A DNA stretch of 64,000 bases, taken from assembly GCA_965602905.1 (NCBI GenBank), contig CBFCZY010000006.1, positions 103,125-167,124 on the forward strand, written 5' to 3'. Below the pieces are notes generated by a model. The model saw only the letters and a list, made by a program, of their open reading frames with translations, did no database searches and was not told where the DNA came from. Positions within the stretch are counted from its first letter, which is position 1. Every line of letters starts with the position of its first letter. The position numbers and the translations under genes are program-made. Source of the DNA: an uncultured bacterium (GTDB lineage Bacteria > SAR324 > XYD2-FULL-50-16). This document shows, one piece after another, positions 58,420 to 64,000 of the stretch.

Positions 58420-60021
58420 ATGAAGCTATATTCTTTCAGCCTTTTACTTTTAGCACTCCTTTTTGGAGGCTGTCGGTCTGAAAAAGGTAGTATCATCAAG
58501 GATTATGATCAAATAGCACCAGATAGTCCTTCCTTGATAATCAATTCTTCTGCCACTTCAACCCTTTCTGCTACGGCAAATATGTCTTTAACCTCTCATG
58601 ATGCTGAGGGGGTTACAGGCTACTATTTATCTGAAAGCCCGACTCCGCCAGTTGCAACTGCTGTTGAGTGGATTGCCGTTTCTTCAAGCACAGATTTAGC
58701 AGGCGACTACGCATTTTCTTTAAGCGCCACCGAAGGTGTGAAGACCGTTTATGCTTGGTTCAAAGATGATATAGGTAATATTTCAGATTCAGATTATGAT
58801 TCGATTCTTTTGACTAGCACTTGGACAAAGCAACCGGGGACTACAGGAGATGAAGCGGCAAAACAAATTGCCCTAGACCCTAGTGGAAATGTTTATGCAG
58901 TTGGCCATACCAGTGGTAGCCTTGACGGAAACAGCAATTTAGGTGGATTTGATATCATTGTTAGTAAGTATAATGCCGCTGGTATTTTGCAGTGGACGAA
59001 ACAACCTGGTACCTCAGCTGATGACTTTGGGCAGGGAATAGCGGTAGATTCCAGCGGAAATATTTTTGTCGGAGGGCACACCTCTGGGGGATTGGATGGA
59101 AATACAAACCAAGGGGGTAAAGATGGCTTTATCAGTAAATTCAATTCAACTGGAGCCTTAGAATGGACAAAACAAATAGGCACCTCAGTAGATGATTATG
59201 TTAATGCATTAGTACTGGACCCAAGTGGAAATATCTATGTAGCAGGGAAGACCTTTGGGAGCTTACAGGGTAATACAAATCAAGGAAGCACAGACGCCTT
59301 TATTAGCAAGTATGATGCAACTGGCAATCTTCTATGGACCAAGCAACCTGGAACAACAGCTCAAGATACAGCGATAGATCTTACCTTGGATTCGAGCGGG
59401 AATGTCTATATTACAGGATTTGTTGCTGGTAGTTTAGATGGGAACACATTTCAGGGTGGTGGCTCTGATGTCTTTTTTAGTAAGTACAACTCTTCTGGCG
59501 TTCTCCAGTGGACCAAGCAACCAGGGACTACTGGTACTGAGGCTGCAACGGCTATAGCCACAGATTCAAAGGGGAATATATTTATTGCAGGCGATACTAC
59601 TGGAGGATTAGATGGCAATGTGAATCAGGGAGGTGCCGACATCTTTGTGAGTAAATACGATGCCTATGGTGTTCTTCAATGGACCAAGCAACCGGGAACC
59701 ACAGCCGACGAACATGGAAGGGGTGTATCGGTAGATTCGACTGGAAATGTTTATATTACGGGTCAGACCTCAGGTAATTTAGAGGGACTCACAAATCAAG
59801 GTGGTTTTGATGTTTTTGTTAGTAAATATGACACCGCAGGCACCCACCAATTGACCAAACTCATTGGCAGCGCTGGAGATGAATGGGGAAATAGATTAAA
59901 AGTAGATGCCCATGGTAATATCTATGTTGCCAGCAATACTTCAGGTGGGGTTGAGGGAAATACCAATCAAGGGGGAGATGATATCCTGGTCTTAAAAAAC
60001 CCTGGTGGCTATCTACCCTAA
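58420..60021 (+). CDS. Lipoprotein with an N-terminal Ig-like module (shared with the 46389-48287 gene) and about 9 SBBP beta-propeller repeats.
   Basis: Lipobox LFGGC. Repeats of the form WTKQPGT...D.(A/G)..(I/V)..D.SGN(V/I)Y(I/V).G.T.G.LDGN.NQGG.D.F(V/I)SKY...G.LQ. Confidence 0.65.
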   Translation: MKLYSFSLLLLALLFGGCRSEKGSIIKDYDQIAPDSPSLIINSSATSTLSATANMSLTSHDAEGVTGYYLSESPTPPVATAVEWIAVSSSTDLAGDYAFSLSATEGVKTVYAWFKDDIGNISDSDYDSILLTSTWTKQPGTTGDEAAKQIALDPSGNVYAVGHTSGSLDGNSNLGGFDIIVSKYNAAGILQWTKQPGTSADDFGQGIAVDSSGNIFVGGHTSGGLDGNTNQGGKDGFISKFNSTGALEWTKQIGTSVDDYVNALVLDPSGNIYVAGKTFGSLQGNTNQGSTDAFISKYDATGNLLWTKQPGTTAQDTAIDLTLDSSGNVYITGFVAGSLDGNTFQGGGSDVFFSKYNSSGVLQWTKQPGTTGTEAATAIATDSKGNIFIAGDTTGGLDGNVNQGGADIFVSKYDAYGVLQWTKQPGTTADEHGRGVSVDSTGNVYITGQTSGNLEGLTNQGGFDVFVSKYDTAGTHQLTKLIGSAGDEWGNRLKVDAHGNIYVASNTSGGVEGNTNQGGDDILVLKNPGGYLP

Positions 60022-60138
60022 AGATTTTACCATATTATTTTACTCCCAACAGGCCTAAAGTGGTATGCCTTTGAGATTTAGGCTAGGCAGTTAGTTGGAA
60101 AAAGGTTGAATGATAGACGGGTTTTTAAGCACAAAAGG

Positions 60139-61260
60139 CTAATTGGCAGAAGGAGTTCCTTTTACGAATATATTAGATTTGTGATAGTCGATTTGGGATT
60201 TAATCCGCTCAATTTCAATTTCTTTGGTTTTTACCCCACTCAATGCCGCCAAGGCTGCACTCAGCTCTAAAATGTCGGGCGCCTTTCCTAAGGATGAAAC
60301 ATAAGTATTGCGAATGGTTTCTAAACGGCGAGGAGTGGCGACCAGCAGCAAATCTTTTATAGTAACAACCTGCCTGCTTTCAAATAGCTTTAAAATGGAT
60401 TTTAGATCCTTTAATGCGCAGGTGACCCCTACTTCTAAAAAGACCTTTGGTAAATTTTCAAAATTAAGTAAGTCTGAATCCTGATAGGTGGCAATTTCTT
60501 GGCTGTGGGTCAATTCCTCATAGAGTAGATTAAATTGCTCGTCGATTGCCCCAATTTCTCTACTTAAAATTTGGAGACGACGCTTGGCTGAAAAATGGGT
60601 TCGATTTTCTGGTTTATAGGCTAGAACATGTTCCAATTCGCTCCAAAGCTCTTGCGCCATGGTTCGAACCTGAATTTCAAAATAAGGTCGTTCCTCCACA
60701 GGGAGACTGCTGTCTTTAAGACGAACTGTATAGTGGATTGATGCGTAGCCACTTTCTTTATCTTTCTGTTCAATGTGTGTCAGGCCAACCCGTTTTAATA
60801 AATCAGCGGCAAGGTAGGCTTCTGGGGGAACGGTTTCGGAAATTTCAAAAAGGTCTGAACTGCGTAATTCTTTGTCAATCAGCGGGAGTTGCGAGGCAAA
60901 GTAGACTATAAGACGAATCCCCAGAGTATCATCCATCTTATCTATACTGCTTAAAGAAAGGCCTTGCGGGAATAGCTCTGGCTTGCGGAATATTTTGTCG
61001 ACTACTTTTTCAGGATGTTTAATGCGAACGAGTGCTTGGCGAATAGGCGAAGGCGTCGCAACCCCTTTGCCAATAACATATTTTTCCCAATATTCAGGCC
61101 GTTCCCATTTTTGTAAGAGGTTTAAGATTTCATCATGGGTCGGTTTTAGAATATTCAATTCATATTGTTCATATTCGAAAAGAAACCTTTTTAGCTCAGA
61201 TGTAGTCTTCATTTTTGTTTGTCTATTGTAATTAAGGGTTATTCTTACTATTTTAGGCAA
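60139..61260 (-). CDS. Stand-alone RelA/SpoT-family nucleotidyltransferase (synthetase-domain) protein with a C-terminal extension of about 150 aa. Either a small alarmone synthetase or a toxSAS-like gene.
   Basis: The synthetase motifs are intact: VRIKHPEKVVDKIFRK (R-x-K...K..RK), DTLGIRLIV (D-x-x-G-x-R), GYASIHYTV, and FEIQVRTMAQELWSELEHVLAYK (EIQxRT...H..W.E.EH). There is no hydrolase (HD) domain. The C-terminal 150 aa show no recognisable domain. Confidence 0.7.
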   Translation of the reverse strand: MPKIVRITLNYNRQTKMKTTSELKRFLFEYEQYELNILKPTHDEILNLLQKWERPEYWEKYVIGKGVATPSPIRQALVRIKHPEKVVDKIFRKPELFPQGLSLSSIDKMDDTLGIRLIVYFASQLPLIDKELRSSDLFEISETVPPEAYLAADLLKRVGLTHIEQKDKESGYASIHYTVRLKDSSLPVEERPYFEIQVRTMAQELWSELEHVLAYKPENRTHFSAKRRLQILSREIGAIDEQFNLLYEELTHSQEIATYQDSDLLNFENLPKVFLEVGVTCALKDLKSILKLFESRQVVTIKDLLLVATPRRLETIRNTYVSSLGKAPDILELSAALAALSGVKTKEIEIERIKSQIDYHKSNIFVKGTPSAN

Positions 61261-61624
61261 TCATAAAGCCCTTAGGCTAGGGGTTTTTCTTTTTTTTGTA
61301 GCTCTGTTGTAGTAAGGCTCCCTTTTTTGAATATCTTCAACTTTAAAAGGAGCGGTAAAAAATACGCAAGGTTAACTGAAAATACTACAGGGTAAAATTT
61401 ATAAAATAAAATCCTTTCTTTTATAGATCACTAGTCCTATTCTTTGAAGAATACTTTTTTCAAAGACATTGTGGCAGGTGGCGGTATTGTAATCTATTAG
61501 GATTGAACCTCCCTCTGAAGTCACGCACAGGCCGGTTACTGGCTCTTCAATAGTTTTTTAAATATATTTTTCACAGTTCAGGAAACTAAAAAGATATTAA
61601 ACATAAACTTAAAATAGGAAATGG

Positions 61625-62173
61625 ATGAAATTAAAATTAAAGATTGTCACACTTCTTGGTGCAGCATTACTTCTTGTCGGTTGTGATCCAGCACCAAAAG
61701 AAACCAAGGCAACCAAAGCAACTGAGTCCCAAGATACTGCCAAAAGTCCTAAGAACCCCTGCGACATGGCTCACAAAAAGATGTCTCTAAATCCCTGTAG
61801 CTTAGAAGCAAAGGGTAAAATGCTTTGGAGTGATGCCACTCTCGGAACAAGTGGAATGTCCTGTACCAGTTGCCATGCCGATGCGGCACAATTAAAACTA
61901 AATTTGGCCTTTCCACACCATGTGAGTATGGTTAAAAAATCTGTGACTTTGCCTGAAATGATCAACTTTTGTATCACTAACCCTTTAAAGGGTAAGGCCA
62001 TTGCCGAAGATGGTGATAAAATGAAAGCAATGATTGCCTATTACAATTTCATGGCTCAACATAACGAAGGAATGAGTAATCCTTGTGGGATGGGCAACCC
62101 TTGTGGAGCTCATAAAAACATGGGCAACCCTTGTGCAATGCACAAAGACATGGGTAACCCTTGCGCCCACTAA
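61625..62173 (+). CDS. Mono-haem c-type cytochrome lipoprotein with a C-terminal tandem MGNPCxxHK(x) decapeptide repeat.
   Basis: Lipobox LLVGC, a single CTSCH motif with a downstream Met (LPEM), and the C-terminus SNPCGMGNPCGAHKNMGNPCAMHKDMGNPCAH. Two more NPC motifs lie near the N-terminus. Confidence 0.65.
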   Translation: MKLKLKIVTLLGAALLLVGCDPAPKETKATKATESQDTAKSPKNPCDMAHKKMSLNPCSLEAKGKMLWSDATLGTSGMSCTSCHADAAQLKLNLAFPHHVSMVKKSVTLPEMINFCITNPLKGKAIAEDGDKMKAMIAYYNFMAQHNEGMSNPCGMGNPCGAHKNMGNPCAMHKDMGNPCAH

Positions 62174-62199
62174 GCGTAATAATCTAAGCAACACAAATT

Positions 62200-62227
62200 A
62201 AGGGTCATTGAAATGACCCTTTTTTAA
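62200..62227 (+). terminator. Rho-independent terminator: aagggtcat-tgaa-atgaccctt followed by TTTTTT.
   Basis: A 9-bp perfect stem, a 4-nt loop and a 6-T run, 27 nt after the cytochrome stop. Confidence 0.7.
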
Positions 62228-62230
62228 GAT

Positions 62231-63406
62231 ATGAAATATTCTCTTTTTTTCCTTTTCCTTCCCTTCTTTTTTCTCCAGTCCTGCGAAAATAAACTCGAAA
62301 AATTTGAATCCCCCGCCCACAAAGAATGGCTTGCAAAACATTGGCAACAGCCCTTAAAGGCCCAAGGCGAAAAACCCAACAGTGAGGCTTACGCCCAAAT
62401 CAACCTCTCCCCTGAAAACTGCGGCACCTGTCACTTTGAACAGTATGAAGCTTGGAATAAAAGCCTTCACGCAGCGGCTATGGGGCCAGGTTTAATAGGT
62501 CAGTATTTAGATTCCCCAACAACAGTTGCAGCGGAAAGTTGCATGGAATGCCATGCTCCTTTAAAAAAGCAGAAAATTAGCGCCGCAAAGGGTTTGGGTT
62601 CTGCTGGTTTGCACCAAGAGGGTGTTGTTTGTGCCGCCTGCCACCTTAGGCAGTGGCAAGTAAAAGGGCCATCTCCAAGATCAGAAGGTTCCAAAATCGA
62701 ACCTAAACCTCACGGTGGTTATTCGGTTCAGAGTGAATTTGAAAACCCGCTTTTTTGCGCCCCTTGCCATCAGTTCCCTGAAGATGGCTACAAGTTAGAA
62801 GGGAAATTGTTGGTCAATACTTATAATGAGTGGCGGAAAAGTGAATATGCCCAAACAGGGGTGACCTGTCAAAAATGCCATATGCCCAACCGTAGCCATA
62901 GTTGGAAAGGGATTCATAGCCCTTATATGACCAAAAAAGCCTTGCGTATTACTGATTTTCGTAGTTTTGCAAAGGATGGTTTGGTGACCGCCTCCATAAC
63001 CCTGAAAAATGTGGGTGCAGGTCACAGACTGCCAACTTACGTTACGCCACTCATACAAATTGATTTTATCCAGCTCGATAGCACTGGCAAAGAAATAACC
63101 AAAACAAAGAGTTCGGCTTTCATTGGTCGAAAGGTATCACTCAATTTGAGTGAGGAATATTTTGACACTAGGCTACTACCAGATGAGTCAAAGAAGTTTG
63201 TCTACGCAGAAAAGCGTGCGCCAAAAGCTGCAAAAATTAAAATTTCTGTAACCGTAAAGCCAGACGAGTTTTATGTTAGATTTTACAGGGAACGACTCAA
63301 AGACCCTAGTCTAGTTAAGGGAAGAAAGGCCATTAAAAAGGCTTTAGCTGAAGGCTTAAAGAATGAGTTTTCTCTTTGGCAAATGAAGTTAAATTTGGGG
63401 AAGTAG
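62231..63406 (+). CDS. Penta-haem c-type cytochrome (lipoprotein).
   Basis: Five CXXCH motifs (CGTCH, CMECH, CAACH, CAPCH, CQKCH) in the first 220 aa, a lipobox FLQSC, and a haem-free C-terminal half. Confidence 0.8.
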   Translation: MKYSLFFLFLPFFFLQSCENKLEKFESPAHKEWLAKHWQQPLKAQGEKPNSEAYAQINLSPENCGTCHFEQYEAWNKSLHAAAMGPGLIGQYLDSPTTVAAESCMECHAPLKKQKISAAKGLGSAGLHQEGVVCAACHLRQWQVKGPSPRSEGSKIEPKPHGGYSVQSEFENPLFCAPCHQFPEDGYKLEGKLLVNTYNEWRKSEYAQTGVTCQKCHMPNRSHSWKGIHSPYMTKKALRITDFRSFAKDGLVTASITLKNVGAGHRLPTYVTPLIQIDFIQLDSTGKEITKTKSSAFIGRKVSLNLSEEYFDTRLLPDESKKFVYAEKRAPKAAKIKISVTVKPDEFYVRFYRERLKDPSLVKGRKAIKKALAEGLKNEFSLWQMKLNLGK

Positions 63407-63417
63407 TTTTTTAAAGC

Positions 63418-63445
63418 CCCTGTTGGAAAAATACAGGCAACAGGG
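63418..63445. terminator. Stem-loop ccctgttg-N12-caacaggg between convergent genes.
   Basis: An 8-bp stem located between the + gene ending at 63406 and the - gene ending at 63459. Confidence 0.35.
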
Positions 63446-63458
63446 TCTTATCTCAAAA

Positions 63459-63803
63459 TTACATGGCGCAGGGGCCAGTTGTATTTCCGCTTTTATTGCA
63501 GAAGGAAGCAAGCAACCTTTCTTTGAGTACTGCGCCTTTTTTTTCATTTTCAATGATCACAGTTTCTCCATTGGAGCCTAAACCTAAATAGGTTTGAGTG
63601 TAGGGCAAGTGAGGTGCATGTCCTGCCTCAAGGTTCTCATATTTTTTCAGCATTTTTTTACTCCCTATTACGTATATCCTTCCATTGGCCGCAATTTCAG
63701 AGTAACCGCCACTCACAGGTCCTGGCGAAGTTGTAGAAACATTTTTTGCGCATGACACTGTAAAAATGCCGATAAAGACGAGTAAAAAAAAGTTGGCTTT
63801 CAT
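63459..63803 (-). CDS. Small hypothetical lipoprotein.
   Basis: Lipobox FTVSC. 114 aa. No recognisable domain. Confidence 0.4.
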   Translation of the reverse strand: MKANFFLLVFIGIFTVSCAKNVSTTSPGPVSGGYSEIAANGRIYVIGSKKMLKKYENLEAGHAPHLPYTQTYLGLGSNGETVIIENEKKGAVLKERLLASFCNKSGNTTGPCAM

Positions 63804-64000
63804 TTGTAATTCCTAATTTTAATTTATTGTTGTTGGTCGTTATCTGTTTAGCGACCTAAGTAATAAACCAAAGTTAAGTTAGAAATGTTAGTAAAGGATT
63901 AGCAGAGAGTTAGTAATAGGTTAACTTTTGAGTTTTTGCTCGAAGGTAAATTTGCTACAATAGAAACAGTTTTTAGTCTTTATTAGCTATTTTGTTTGGG

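Noticed and set aside
61485-61515. GGATTGAACC element (the reverse complement of a tRNA T-loop-like GGTTCAATCC) upstream of the RelA/SpoT-domain gene
   Set aside because: The flanking bases cannot form a 5-bp T-stem or an acceptor stem, and no CCA end is present. It is not a tRNA or a convincing tRNA fragment.
1-64000. CRISPR arrays, rRNA genes, insertion sequences with terminal inverted repeats
   Set aside because: No regularly spaced direct repeats, rRNA-like conserved blocks or transposase ORFs were seen anywhere in the window.

Overview
This 64-kb window looks like bacterial chromosome, about 40-42% GC, dominated by signal-transduction genes. It is possibly from a Bdellovibrionota/Myxococcota-like lineage: one protein carries an AgmX/PglI C-terminal domain, two lipoproteins carry FG-GAP and SBBP repeats, and there are several chemoreceptors. 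The lineage is an inference from domain content only.

Contents, left to right:
- A decayed tyrosine-integrase fragment, followed by a His-rich HupE/UreJ-type metal-transport operon and a GGDEF diguanylate cyclase.
- ppc (phosphoenolpyruvate carboxylase).
- A minus-strand operon: a tandem STAS-like protein, a hybrid histidine kinase that is split by a frameshift from its own REC-Hpt tail, and a single-domain receiver.
- A chemoreceptor split by a 1-nt indel in an aaattttaaaa tract.
- An RND/MMPL exporter followed by a LolA-like protein and an outer-membrane barrel.
- Two convergent, mirror-image signalling modules. Each has an SsuA/NMT1-like periplasmic binding protein, then a giant PAS/HAMP hybrid histidine kinase, then receivers. 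One module also encodes a receiver-HD-GYP phosphodiesterase, and two paralogous receiver-DHp pseudo-kinases are present.
- A 7TMR-DISM kinase, a beta-helix lipoprotein, and two further chemoreceptors. Two of the three chemoreceptors end in an xFxxF pentapeptide.
- FG-GAP and SBBP repeat lipoproteins that share an N-terminal module.
- The nrfHA nitrite-ammonifying cytochrome operon, plus mono- and penta-haem c-type cytochromes.
- Two DUF1566 proteins, and a stand-alone RelA/SpoT-domain protein with a C-terminal extension that could be a small alarmone synthetase or a toxSAS/CapRel-like gene.

No rRNA, tRNA or CRISPR array was recognised. The two in-gene frameshifts may be assembly errors rather than real pseudogenes.
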